From positions 254,524 through 318,523 of the forward strand of contig MNCI01000001.1 of the NCBI GenBank assembly GCA_015680685.1: 64,000 nt of DNA, given 5' to 3'. Positions 14,590 to 28,350 of this stretch are shown here, one piece after another. The notes beneath the pieces are model-generated. The model was not told the DNA's origin and made no database searches. It saw only the letters and a list, made by a program, of their open reading frames with translations. The number at the start of each line of letters is the position of its first letter. Position 1 is the first letter of the stretch. Both the position numbers and the translations under genes were made by a program. This stretch comes from Gnetum montanum (lineage: Eukaryota > Plantae > Gnetophyta).

Positions 14590-14880
14590 TTATTTGACCA
14601 AGTTTGACATAGTCAATATCATTTGATCTCATTTGGTATTATTTGATATCATTTGATGTTATTTGATACCATGTTGTATTATTTTGAACCATTTTGATCC
14701 CATTTGGTGTCATTTTTTATTATTTCGATATTATTTGGCCTTATCTTGAAACATTTTGATCACATTTGGCCTTATTTCACCTTCATATGATGTAACTAAA
14801 TATCATTTAGTATCATTTTCTATCATTTATGACATTACTTGACCTCATTACACCCTGTCTTACTTTTTTGGACATTATTG
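14590..14880 (+). repeat. Degenerate 10-bp tandem repeat (TATCATTTGA)
   Basis: tatcatttga tctcatttgg tattatttga tatcatttga ... Confidence 0.7.
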
Positions 14881-14900
14881 TGCCCATTATATTTTATTAC

Positions 14901-15756
14901 TGATGAGTAGCAAGTAGACCCTACATCCAACCATATGAATCACAAGTGTTGCACTAGCAATCTAGTCAAATTTTGTAGACTTTAGTTCCTAAATATGCTG
15001 ATGGACAAAGATAGTGACTTAGATATGTGATCATTGTTTTATTGGCTTCAATTTTGTAAGTGCAAGTGTATGGTTGAGTATAAGTCATGAAATATGATTT
15101 TTATTTGTATTTTTATATTTTCTTTTATTTGATCTAAGTGGAAAAAAGGTAATTAATTGTAAATTTAATAATTAAGTATCTAATTTCTTAATATAAGTAT
15201 CCTAACATAAGCATCTAGGCCCATCTTCCATGCACATCCTAAACTTATTATGAATGTTGTTGGGTTACCAAGTGTTAGGCTACTAGGCATACCAAGTGAT
15301 AACACTACAGGGATTTCCAAGCATTAATGGTATGATTATTAGGAATATTACTTAACTAAGTTCATGAATCTCAAATGCATTAGTATTAAAATTGCATAAT
15401 TGAAATATTAAACTATTCTTAAGTGTTGCAAGGGATTCCAAGAATCTCGTCTTTATTGCTAGCATACCAAAGTGTTTAGGTACATTGATGTTTGAATAAT
15501 GAACCGTATAATCCTTGAAGTCCTACTACAAGCACTTAGAAAATATTGTAACTTTGATGGAAGAAAACTATAAGAACTTGGCTAAACTAATGACATAACA
15601 TGCATAAGTGTAGTGGGTATGCACATTTATATAGGTAAAACTAGACACTATGTTAATGCATCTACATTGCTACATCTAACCATGTGTCAATGGGGAAACA
15701 TTGATGGGGCTATGTTGATGCATGCTCATCTAGATAGCATGTTGCATGATTCATCA
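14901..15756 (-). repeat. 3' LTR of element B
   Basis: TGATGA...TCATCA; colinear with 42881-43708; PPT-like TGTGGAGGTA immediately inside. Confidence 0.92.
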
Positions 15757-15949
15757 TACCTCCACAATTGAATGAAAACTCATCCTTAAGTGAATGAGAA
15801 TGGGATCAAGCTTCCTACAAAATTAGGAAGGTATGAAATCATTGACTGAAAAACTCTACTTGACTAACTTTAAGTCTTGGATTGTATGGATTTACAAAAA
15901 TTGACAAAATTAGGTATCCTAGATAACAAAATTTAACACCCTTACAAAG

Positions 15950-18827
15950 ATAACTCATAGTGGTCCTTTGATTACTGAATATGAAGAGGAGATCAAATAG
16001 TGCTAGGAGGTGAAGGCTCTTTATGTGCTAAAGGATCTTCTCCAAGCTTTGGCACTCTTGGTGGTAGGTGAGGTTGAGGTTGTGGCTATGGTTGGTTTGC
16101 TATAGCAAAAGGCATCTAGCAATGCCTTCATCTTCTTCTCCTTACTCTATGGATCTTACATAGTTCATGCAGCTTCATGAATGTAGGTTGGTACAAGGAC
16201 ATTCCATGAATAAGACATTACCAAGAATAACTCTTTAACATTGATAAACCATGTTGTGAATTGTTTACATTCGATGTCAAACATCTTTACAAGGTTCTAT
16301 AATTCATGGTAGTCATACATTCTCTTGGCCAGGTTCTCAAAAACTAATTGTTGGTTAGTAAATTATCTTTTGAGAACTTCAAGCTCCACATTAGCTTTTT
16401 ATAGATTCTACTTGATGTCTTGGTGGTGATTGAACTTGACCTCATGGAGGAGGTATGAGTTGGACACCTACTTCTCCAATTCTAACCTTGGGCTTCTGGT
16501 TGTTAGCATTGCCAAGTTTGCATAACAAAGGTTCAAAAGCTTCATGTATTCTCTTATCTCTTTAATCTATAGCTCTTTTAGGCAAATTTTTTCTTTACAT
16601 TAGGCATGAAGATCATTGAAGATTGATTACCATATGTAACCTCTTTATTGGAGTTGGTGGAGCACCTCATTCATCTTCACCTTGGCTAGTTGAATTTCTT
16701 TCTTATTTACCTCCTTGAGAAGTCTCACCTAGTCCTTGTAGTGATTTTTTAGACATTCAAACTTCAAGGCCTCATTTTTACAGGTGACTACCTCAATGGT
16801 CATTTTCTAAAAAAGTTCTCAAAATTCCTTCATTGATAAATTGTGGTTCTCCACTACTAACCTTCTTAGATCCATGTTTATCTTAGCAAGATGCTCATGT
16901 TGCTATCTCATTAATTTTATCATTTAGTCTTTTTACTCCTTAAAATTACATATCCAATGGATTTTCTTGGTTAAGGTTAGGTTCTCCTTGCAAACTTGCA
17001 CCAAATCCTTATTTGTGTGAATAGAAATTACTTCCAATAAGGACACATTGAAGATCATAATTTTTTTGAAACTCTTAACCTCTTTTAGTTAATTTTCAAG
17101 CTATAGCGAAGCTTCATCTCATGTGATGATCTAGATAAGAATGCTAGGATTGACTAAGCAGGTTTTCAGTTCCACAACCTTGGTACCTAATGTTTAGTTC
17201 TAATTGGTAGCTACCTAAAGTTAGGTGTTGGTTATGATGAACTTACCCTTTGTTTCGAGTAGCTTTGACTAGATTTTAGTTATTTCATCCAAGAGATTGA
17301 AGATCTTTGGAAGTAGTTACCTAGTCCCCACTAGTTAGTCCAACACTTCTTTGTATTAGGTTACACTTAGCCTTCTACTTGTTACTCCTTCAAAATCATG
17401 CACATATTTTAGTGGAACACTGTCTAGCATCACTACCATAATAGTATTTAGTGCTTCTATCACCCTATCAGCCATGACCTTTACCACTATTTCCTATTCC
17501 TGGTGCTACATCACTAAGACGATAGCCTCCTCATCCTCCTCCAAGTGCATCAAGAAGGTTTTAGCATTACCTAAAATTTTGAGAAACTCCTATAATCCAG
17601 GGGTGGACATCATAACCTTTGGAATGTTTGGATTCAATCTTGTAGACGTCTATGTTCTTTGGGTGGAAAAAGTAGGATAGTCTCTTCCAACAAACTTATT
17701 GATCTAGTCAGTTTGTTAAGATGGCTTAATATTGGCTAATAGATTAATGGTTCACCACCACTTGGTTATCTTTTCTGCTATTGGAAGAGTTGCTCATGAA
17801 GTTTATTCATTCATTCAATGGTTGTACAAGCCTCTAAAATTGTCTCTCTAGTGGATGGTGGTGGTAGATGCTCCTCCTAAAGTAGTTTGTTGGGTGCTTT
17901 GTCCTTCATTAGTTCTTGCCAAGAGGAAATATGAGCATGATGGATGATATCATTGGTGTACCGAGCTACATCTTCCCTTAGATAAAGTTTTTTGATTAGG
18001 CATGGAAAGGGAAGTATCTTTCTCCCTTGATCATTCTCATTAAACCACTTCTCTATTTATAGGAAGATAAGCTAAGGGAGGTTGATGGAAAATTTGCTAC
18101 TTAGAGTAGCACACACATGGATGGAGAAGATAGTAACATTGCTAGGCCTCACCATTAGATTTAGGTGGTAGGCTACAATTTTTAAGTAAACTCTATCTAC
18201 CTTGATTAGTGCATCGTGCTTCTTATGGCTTATCCCATAGCATCATTTGATTCATTATTTATTTTTGTTAGGATTTTCTTACATTAGTATCTCCACCAAT
18301 GTTGTCCTAGTATCAAGTAGTCCAAGGGCCTCTACAATGGCCTCAACCAAGTAGAACACATTGATGTCTTTAATTTTAATAGTTGTGTCTACCTGTTAGT
18401 TGTTCCAAAAAAGATATGTTTTCCTCATGTATCACTCCCCATTGGATGTGAGGATGGACTACATAGGAGACCCCTGCAATTAGGCCTTAACCTCATCCAA
18501 TGCTAAGTCTAGGAAGGAATCAAAGTTAAGCTTCTAATGAATTGAACTCTATATTTTCTTGAAGTAGATTCACTCTAGGTAGGTTATGGTCAAAGTGATC
18601 TCCAAATTTGATCTAGGCCTTGGAACCTCATCCTACCTTGATTGGCCTATTTCGACTATAGAAATATACCAAATATATTCCACTTTAGGTTCCTCTTGAA
18701 GAGATCCCATTGCATGTATCTTTGATTCACCTTCTTGGGCCTACAGTGCTTGTTGGCCCCTTTCCCCTCTTGGCTACTTCTACCTTAGTTGGGATGGTCC
18801 TTTGCCCTATGATCTTTTTGGTGTCAT
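15950..18827 (-). pseudogene. Athila env-like accessory ORF (putative plant transposon protein domain plus long coiled-coil), decayed
   Basis: Starts MTPKRS*GKGPSQ; contains IVEALGL and LPFPCLIKKLY (the LPFP-LIT-LC motif of Athila env-like proteins); lies between pol and the 3' LTR. Confidence 0.7.
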
Positions 18828-20734
18828 TTGTGATGACAACATAACCTAGGATTAGTGTTTTATGTGTAACTATTAATTCCTTTAATACATTTTCTTATTT
18901 GGACATGTTATAGTTATTTTGGTTATTATCATGGTGAATGGATTATTTTAGTATTATTTTATCCATTTAGCTACTTGAGTTTGTTGATGAGGTTTAACTT
19001 ACTGTAAATTGGTAATTTTAATGATATTTTATTAATTAAACCTTGGGAAGTTAGAAAAATTTCAAAAATTTTCTATCATAAACCATAAGTTTGTGCCCCC
19101 CATGATGTGAAGCTTTGGTAGCTAAAGGGTCAAAGAACAAGTGAATTTGAACAAGTGATTAGAAAGTTATGGCTTTGAGAAGGCTCTAGGCTTTGAAAAT
19201 TGAAAAAAAATCCTTGAGCATTATGAGAAAAATGTAAAAATTTGGCTAACTTCCATTACGTATTTATAGTACTTTTGCCATGCATTTATGAGGATGTGTT
19301 GGTGCATGAGGCTATCTTAATGGGGATGCATCAATGCATCAGGTTGCAGGATGCATCGATGTAGCTATATGGAAAAACTTTCACATCTAAAAAACTATGT
19401 ATAGAATGAGAGTTTTTTAATGAAAATGTAATTGAGAGGAAGCCACAAAATGTTATATTAAGGACAAAACATTGAATAGGGCTTGGAATGAAGTTAGAAT
19501 TGGATATTTGGTTTGAGTGGAATATCAAGGAGTGCAAAAACTAGATGTTTCATGGTAGAAGAAAATGGGTTTGAGAGTGAAACAACTAAGATATAGGAAA
19601 ATTAATCATCCAAGATAAGGGGTATGTAAGTGGGTTCTCCACATAGCAACCTCATGTCTTTAATGCCCTTTCATGTCATCATACCAAGGAGTTTGTGAGC
19701 CCCACGGATGATTAATGGATATGAATTATAAAAAATCAAGTCATCTAAGATTCCACCAAATAATTAAGACACATCCAAATGAACACATTGATTAAACATG
19801 ATAATAGGTAGTGAGATGGAAACTAGATTAAAGTAATGAAGAGAGAGAGAATGGAATGAAGTTTCTTATGTTGGTTACATGAGGTCCTTTTTGAGTTTGT
19901 GATTAATGTGATCTTGGGAACATCACATCCTTAGTTGGAACCAAGACCATCCACTTCTGGTGGCTTCACATCAACATCCTGGGATCATTGAACCTCCAAA
20001 TCTCATGGACACTACAATAATCATCCACCATTCCAAAAGAGAGAAGAAAAAAGAAGTAGGAAGTGAATAAGGCCTTAGTTAGAGGGGTGTCTTCACTCAT
20101 GGGTAACATGTGTTTCTAACCCCATAACTAGTGCTTGAAACCCATTATTTTGCCTATGGAGTGTGCTTTGAATTTCCATGTTCTTTTCATCGAAACCACA
20201 CTGTGTGAAGATATTATTTCCTTTTATTAGTTGATGGTAGAAATGGTGAGGGATCAATGAGAATACCCAAAGAACTCCAAATAGTGTAATAAATTTCCTT
20301 GAAGCCACACCTTTCCCAATTTCACTTGATTCAGCCTAATTCTAGGAGCATGAAGATCACAAGTTCATTTAGAGTTGTTTTGAAAAAGGACCCCATGCTT
20401 CTAGAACAAAAGAAACATCATCTAGTTGTAGTGAAATGGGTGGATGTCATGGGTTCACTACCTAGTATCATGAAAAAAGCAATATGCCATTAATCAATGT
20501 TAGGATTCAATGATGAAATCCAATCATTAAGAAATCATTCTAAGTAATAGAACTTATTAACCACCATCCATTAGTAGTTGCATGTAACACCAAAGTCCTG
20601 ATGGCAATAAAGAAAAAGAAGATACACAAGAAAAGTCCAAATAAGAAAAATTATAGAGATTTTTTAAAATATTCAAAAAAATGGGAAATGTATAAAACTA
20701 GTGTCAAAAAAAGTTATAAAACTTAGGAGCCACT

Positions 20735-21354
20735 TCATAGGATGTCAACATAGATGGCCATTTTCCCATGATTAAGTTGGAAGGGAGAGATATGAAAGAT
20801 TAAGCATGCAAGGCCATTAGTTAAGGCATTATTTTCACTAGTTGTTTTTGGTTCAAGGAAAGGTTTAAGTTGTTGGGTATTAGCCAAAAATATCTTACTT
20901 GGGCTATCAAGATTGTATATCATCATGGTCCCAAATGGGAAATTTTCATATATGATGTAAGGACCCTCCCATAGCATTTGAAATTTGATACATTGAGGTA
21001 CATACATGGGGTTCCAATAGATCACCTTATCTCCTAGTTGAAATGTTACTTTCCATATCTTAAGGTCATGACCTTGTTTGTTGTGTGCCTTGTGTGCCTT
21101 ATTCAATGACATGGCCATTAATCTATTTTTTTCTAGCATGTTGATATTCATTAGTCTTTCTCTTTGAGCTAGACTTAAGTACAGGTTAAGGTCATAGCCT
21201 ATTGAAAGTGTATGGAGCTTAGCTTGGATGGGAAGCATTGAAAGTTTTTTATACACTAGCTCATAGGGAGAATAATCAATAGGAAGTTTTCATGTTGAAT
21301 GATAAGCCCAAAAAGCATCATTGAGTTTATTTCTCTAGTCTTTTCTATATTTAT
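20735..21354 (-). pseudogene. Element B integrase C-terminus
   Basis: KD*RNKLNDAFWAY..PIDYSPYELVY..LPI and FQLGDKV...KFQMLWEGPY (GPY/F motif). Confidence 0.9.
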
Positions 21355-21675
21355 TGAAAGACCACCAAGAAATCTCATCTTACAATTTGTAACCTTACCA
21401 TTCAACCCAAGGCTAGAGCGTTATTGTAAAATATAAATATTGTAATCCATGAGATGCAATGTCACATAATTTAACTTTTGGGGCTGAACAATACCTCATA
21501 AGTTATCATAGCCTTACTTACCAACTGGAAAAATTCATGCCATGTCTATATTTGGGCTTGGGAAGGTTTAAAATACCTTTTGAACCTCAACTACGTTGGA
21601 ACCCATGCCCAATGTTGGTGGTGTGGGATTTTTATTTTCCCATCAATGGCCACCATAGCTACCATAATTACCAAT

Positions 21676-22649
21676 TGATGAATCGTGGTTTGTCAGGTGC
21701 TGATATTGGATCCTTGATATCAGATGCTTGTTAACCAGGTGCTAATATTGGACCTTGTTAACCAAGTGCTAATATCATACCCCTGTTATCAGACCCTTGA
21801 TATCTAATGAGTCCTAATATCAGACCCTTGATATCAAACCCTCGATATCGTGGCCTGACAAGAAATATTGCGTACATGATATCGCGGTTCCTGTGTGAGC
21901 CTATAACTACACAATGGAGCACATTGGAAAGTCAATAGTCAGTTAGTATTAGAGTAGGATATTTTTGTTAGTTTTTCCTCTCAACCCTTTTCCCCTAGTG
22001 CAAGCCCACAGTGTGATGATTGTAATTGTATAGAACCTTTATTCGAGTGTGACGTACTTCGACATGTACATGACTAGAAATAAAGATCGATATTACTTCA
22101 TCATTGCAGCATTCACTTAGTTTAATTATTTAATTGTTATTGTTATTTATTTATTTTGTAGTTAATATCTCTTCACCCTAAACTCCCTAAATACGGACTG
22201 AGTATGACTTAATCACAAGCATTCAAGTGTGACTACTTGGTATCCTAGTAGCATACCTAGGCCATGCACTTGGTAATCCAAGTGGTAGTCATGCATGAGG
22301 TCTAAGATGGGTATGAATGATCAAGGAACAGATGCTCATTGCACTTAGGCTAGCTTAGATTCTCTCTCCCAATTCCTATTAGCTTAACTCTCTCTCCCTT
22401 TTCCTCCTTGCTTAATTAAAATTATTTTCCATTGCCTCCAGGAGTAGCACTAGGTTAAAAACCACGTCATACACCTCACTCTAGACTAAACCATACATGA
22501 CAAAGCAAATACTAGTCTAGGTAGAAAGATAGCGAACTACAATTAGCATCTAGATACCACAACTAGCCCATCTGTAGAGTTTGACTAGATCATGCATGAA
22601 ATGCTCGTATTCATATGGTTGAGTGTAGGGGTACCTCATCACTCATGAT
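21676..22649 (+). repeat. 5' LTR of element A
   Basis: Colinear with 28351-29273; GATATC-rich U3 array. Confidence 0.92.
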
Positions 22650-22650
22650 T

Positions 22651-22669
22651 GGTGCCATTACCAGGGATG
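22651..22669 (+). promoter_or_regulatory. PBS (tRNA-Asp type) of element A
   Basis: TGGTGCCATTACCAGGGAT is the decayed TGGCGCCGTTGCCGGGGAT typical of Athila. Confidence 0.85.
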
Positions 22670-22786
22670 GTGCTAGTTATTTAGATTAGTTATATCATAC
22701 AAGATTGCTATAATAAAGTATTCACAATATATCTCTTAGAAACGAAATTAAATTAAATTCAATTAAGTCACACACCACTCACAACA

Positions 22787-24969
22787 ATGTCTCTCTCACA
22801 AGACTCTACTAATGCCACAACTTGTGAGGCAATTCATTGGAGAACCAACGAATTATACAATGAAGACAAAGTTTGGAGTACTCAACTTTATGTAGGAATT
22901 CCATATGTTCATGAGTATCCCAATGATACTCAAAGACTTTCATCATCCAACTCTAGCACCTCTAGTAAGGATGAGACATCCATAGAACGAGGAGGCTTGA
23001 AAGGCCTAGGAACTTCTCGATAACTAATAACTTATTTGGGGATGATTGGAAGACATACAAAAGTCATAACAAGTTTTAAAATTCCCTCTCTTCCTCTACT
23101 CCTTCAACATCATATTGTGACACAGATGACTATCTTTCAAGGGATTGACATAGAACTAAAAATTGAGCTCACAAAGAAAATTGAGAACACCAACATGAAC
23201 AAGGACAACATCATCCCAACACACAAACTCAAAACTCACTTAGTGACGATGAATCCCTGCTAGCCACTAAGAGCCTAATGCCTATACAAGAGGTCATTTG
23301 AATATTCCACAAGAATTGCAAGCAAAGCCATCTACCCAGGCTTGAATTAAACAACTTTCCTAAGTTTTCTGGAAGCTATGATTTAGATCCCCAACAACAT
23401 TTACAAGCCTTATATGATTCCTATGCATGGAAAAACATTGATAATAGATGAAAAAAACTTAATCTCTTTCCCATGACACTCGTTGGCCAAGCAAAAGTGT
23501 GGTACATATCGTTAAAACCAAAATCAATCTATAGTTGGCCAACAATGGTAGAACTCTTTACTGAATGATATCTAACCTATGCCAGAGTGTCAACCTTGAG
23601 AAGAAAAATCCAAGAATGGAAATAAGAGAAACGTGAACCCTTGGACATGGCCTTAGAAAGATATTATGCATTATTAAACAACTACCCAGGCCATGGGTTT
23701 TCCAAGGAAAGGCTAATGTACCATATCATGGCTGGGCTTCATAATGAAACAAGGGAGACCCTAGGGATGTATGCCCAAGGTTAACTATATGAGCTATAAA
23801 CCCATCAACTCCAAGAGCTTATTAAGCAGGTAGCAAAAGAAGAAGGAGAAATGGATAAATGGGAGAATGTTGAAAGCTCTCAATAGGACCAAAATCCTGA
23901 ATTAGCAAAGGTCCACGATTATGAAGAGCAGAAATCAACTCACCACAAGGAGGTGGGATCATCTTTGCTAGTACTATAACCATTGGATGAAGTTGAGGCA
24001 AAGATAAATAGGATGATGGAATGGATACATGAAAAATGTGGAGAATATTCCAACATTAATGGAGATAGATTTATGAAAACCCAAGAAACAGGACAAAAAA
24101 TCTTTAGACAATCGAAAAGAAGGGTTGAAGAGAATAAGAACTTTACTACCAATCATACATATCAATGTAACATTTGCCTATATGATCACCCCAAGGGTCA
24201 ATGCCCAATATTATCACATTTGTATGAGAATTGGGGAAGAATGTTACATCTAGAGTTCATACAAAAATATTATGTTCAATCACAGTGGCAACAATCCCAG
24301 TCATGGGGGAGGCCATCCCCAAACTGGTTACACCCTTCATACCATCCGAACCTAAGTGCTTATCAAGTTCAACATCCTATTTCCGCAATTGGGTTAACAT
24401 CCTCTATCTCACAACATTTTTATTATTCTCCTTAATACTATCAACCTGTATCCTCACCAGTAGGACCACCACCTTAGGTACCTTACACTTCTCCTCAATT
24501 TCAAAATTCTCATCCTTCACCTCCTTCTACATTGCCACCAATTGTACCTGAAGGATTCGCACCACAACATCAACCAACAAATGTTACTTATGCTTCTACT
24601 GTCAATAGTAGTGGGAATCCTCCACAAAATCATAGGCATCCCTTCTTTAGATGTGATCATAGAAAGGGGCACCATAGTTTAGAAACCACTACATCCACCA
24701 ACTCAGCAAAATTCCAACACTATGGTGCATCTTCGTCTTCAAACCCAATGCCTCATGTTACCTTATCAGGTCCACCACTCAATACTCCAACAACCATGCA
24801 GCCCAATGAATATAGCCACATCAGGAGACATTTTGATCCTTGCATACCATCTTATGGTCACAAGTACCATAGTGGATCAACTCCTTATAAATTAACCACA
24901 TCTTATAACTTGCCCCACTATGTCAACTCTAATCAAGTGTGTGAGCCCCAATGGAGTAAGTATGAGTAG
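22787..24969 (+). pseudogene. Element A gag (decayed)
   Basis: DPQQHLQA...LFPMTLVGQAKVWYISLKPKSI..W...EPLDMALERYYALLNNYPGHG; Zn knuckle CNICLYDHPKGQC; no protease or RT follows. Confidence 0.85.
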
Positions 24970-25692
24970 GTCCCAATATTTCTAGCATGCAAGGATCCCA
25001 ACCTTCCATTTATTAATTCTAGCCATGCTCAACCATTTAGTTATGGGGGGATATCCCCCATTCTAACAATAGAAAAATTAATAAATGTTTTCCTTTTCTT
25101 TAATTTTATAATTATTTTTTTTCGAGTTTTTCATCTTCCAATTTATTATTTTGTCCTTTTGTGTTTTTGTCTTTTTGAGTAATCTCATCTATGAATAAAA
25201 CACTCATGTGACTCATTGGTTGAGGTGTTATTCTATGCTATCAAGTATTAGGTGACTAATTATTTTAACATCAAGCCCATCACATCCACCCAACCATTCT
25301 GTTAATAAGAGGTTCTACCTTGGGTACAATGATATTCCTAATCATTAAAACTTAATGTAACCTTGTGTTTATTATACCTAGAGTGAAGAAGGATGGACTA
25401 AGAGGGAATGGCTAGGGTGTGACATCAAGGGGACTTGTGGATTCTCTTTGGTGACATCTATAGGAGTTATCATGCAACTTGGTTGTACTAAGATCCTTGT
25501 AGATCTAATGAAAAATGGGAGTAAGAGTAATCAAAAGACACTCAATTAAGGAAACTTAATGCTATTCTAGAAGGTCCCACTGGAAATACATGCATCCATG
25601 CCTAAAGGTAGGCAGCTCCTCTAGCTTAAGCATTCATTCAAAAAAAAGAGAAGATAAGTGCCACAAAGCAAAATCACTCCTCCCTTATGGAA

Positions 25693-27024
25693 TGACGAAA
25701 AATGTCGATTGCTGGAAATACCAAGTGAATTTCTATGTACATAGTTCCAACCCCAGATCTGTGCAAGGGCCGTACTAGAGAAAATGAATCTGAGGTACCC
25801 AGAACGGTCTTGTCAATTAGACAAGGACTTACTTAATTAGCAAATTTTGTAATGATTGGATCACGAGATGACGATTTCAATGTGAGGGTATAATATCAGT
25901 TGATAAGAAAACAAGATCTGCTCCAAGATCAGTTCTCAAAGGTAGTGATAACAATGTAAATGATGCAAAACGATTCTAAAATCAATGTAAATAAAATGCA
26001 AATAATTAAATTTGGAGAATGTGCAATCCTGAGATCTGGGATTGAACTTATAGACAAATATGTTGAATACAATGGTTGCAAGCGGACTTTGGTTTAGAAG
26101 AAGTGCATGCCAAGAACAAGAAGCTATTTAGAGATGAAACAAGTAAAGGAAAATCTACCTTGTTCACTAGCCAATCTGGGTGCAAGGGAGTCAGGATTGA
26201 AGCAAGATGTTTGCTAACTTCAAATATTTGATGAAAAGGCTTCTCTCTGTAACCGTCGATGTTCTTTCAATTACCGATTCTCTCTTGTTTTCTTGCCAGT
26301 CTTTGCTAAAATTGCCAAAAATTGCAAACCCTTTGATCATTGTCAGCTAGGGTATTTATAAGATTAGGGTTAGGAGAACAACGCAGTTTAGATGACACAT
26401 GTCATGGACCCACAGCAATGTCGTTGACTTGATGTGCTGTAGCTGAAGCCTATGGCTCTACACTATGCTACACTCTTAAGTGTAGTATAGCATGAACACC
26501 CTTGTCTTTAGCGTTGCAGGATTTTTAGATCTTTGGTAATAAACTATCCTATAGTTATGTTGCAATATGCTAGGGAGCATATCATGGCGTAATGACTGCT
26601 AATGCTTGAGTTTCGCTATCTTCGTTATTGCGGCTAAATCAACTGTCTATTTGCATTATGTTGTGTTACACTACATTACGCTGCATAGCGTAACGTGGTG
26701 TAGTATGCCAAAAGTTAAGATTTTGGAACACGGCTATCTTGCAAAGTTGAATCGTTGTCACTATGCATCCCTTGTTCTGTTCTATCTTCTAGAGTCTATT
26801 ACGCTATGCTTCGTAGCGTAGCATAATGGGACTTAGCTGAACAAAAAAGAAAACTTGTTGAGATGTGCCACTGTTTCTAATTTTTCCATCGCCTAGATGT
26901 TTCGACACTACTCTTGTGGAAATCCTTGCCTAAACTTCAAGACTTTGCTAAATTATCGAGGTCTCGAAATTCCACGGTGTTTCACCATGTATGAAACGCT
27001 AAGTGATCTCACACCTTGTCATCA
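25693..27024 (-). mobile_element. Probable solo LTR nested in element A
   Basis: TGACGA...TTGTCATCA ends; CpG-richer than flanks; TATA on - strand at ~26355; TACGCT/AGCGTA array; flanks rejoin to sequence resembling the B post-pol region. TSD is not clean. Confidence 0.6.
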
Positions 27025-27732
27025 TGATGCTCTCATTGTTGTCTATCATTGGGATGAAATAATGCAATGTTACTAATTAGAGGAATGGAGTTGGTCTTGA
27101 TTTTTGAGTGACAAGTTAATGACAGATTAATCATGCCTTACACTGAGGATTCATTGTGCCCTAGGCCAGTTACCTCATGTTCCAATCTCTGTAATCCCTT
27201 CTACAATTCACCTCATCTCACTGTTCATGAATTTTTGACTCGTGACTTAGGTAGCATTGAATTTATACCTCATCACGGTGGTATTTATGTGTGTGTGTTT
27301 TATGAAATTGGTGTAGATTGCAATTAACCCTTCTAGTTACTATGGACATTTTAAGGTGTGATTACGCAAGGGCATTATAGGTTGGAACCTACTTTGGGGA
27401 GGACCCACTTGCATGACCTTTGTAATTTGCACTCATAACACATCACCACCACATCATTTTATACCCTTCAAGTACTTCATTGCCAAATATATTCTTTTCT
27501 TTTTCATCATTTTATCAAATGTTCCTTAAAACCATTACGTGTCCTTTGATGTGTCACCTAAACAAACTAGGTCTGACATTAAACTTTTAGGGAAAATTCC
27601 TTGAAAAAATTTCTAACTCTAAAATCACACCAAGTAAAGAATTCAACCTTTATTAAAGGTAATGAGTAAGGTATGAAATAATTGAACTTTCTTCAATAAC
27701 CTTACTAAAAATTGATCTTTGTGTGATTATAG

Positions 27733-28170
27733 ATGGGTCCTAAAAGAGGACAACAAGGAGGACCTTCTCAAGGTGCAACTGAATGTCTAGGGGGAGGTAG
27801 AGGCCAAGGACGTTATGTAGAGCATGTGAAGTAGGAGGCACAATCATTTAGCATCCATCAAGGAACTCCTATCACTGCACAATCTAGCCAAGCAAAAGGT
27901 GGAGAGGTTAGGGTCCAAGCCTATGAAGAGGAACAATGGCTATTTACGGCATAGCATGTCAAGGTCAATCAAGTGTTCCCATAGCTACCATGTCCATGGG
28001 AAGTGCCGACTCTATCAAATATTAGAACATTAACATGGATAGCTCATAATCCTTGGATAGAAGAGGAAAAATATCAAGTGCTTATTCAATGGTATCAATC
28101 TCAGAAGCCTGGCACATAGGACAAAGGAAAAGCACCCATGGAGGAACCACTGCCATCTGGAACCACATGA
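27733..28170 (+). pseudogene. Short 3' accessory ORF of element A (146 codons with in-frame stops)
   Basis: MGPKRGQQGGPSQG... resembles the B env-like N-terminus; ends DKGKAPMEEPLPSGTT*; acceptor TATAG directly before the ATG. Confidence 0.55.
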
Positions 28171-28350
28171 GTTCCAACAAAGTTTTGTAATTCTATGTCT
28201 GTGTTCCAATTTTGTTTTGTTCAATCCCACATTGTACCATGAATAATTTTTAGTTAGTCAATAATCCCATACCTATTCACTGTGTAATCAATTGGACTCA
28301 TTCTCATTTTGTTTAACTTGATGATGATTTGTTATTCAGTCGTGGGGGTA

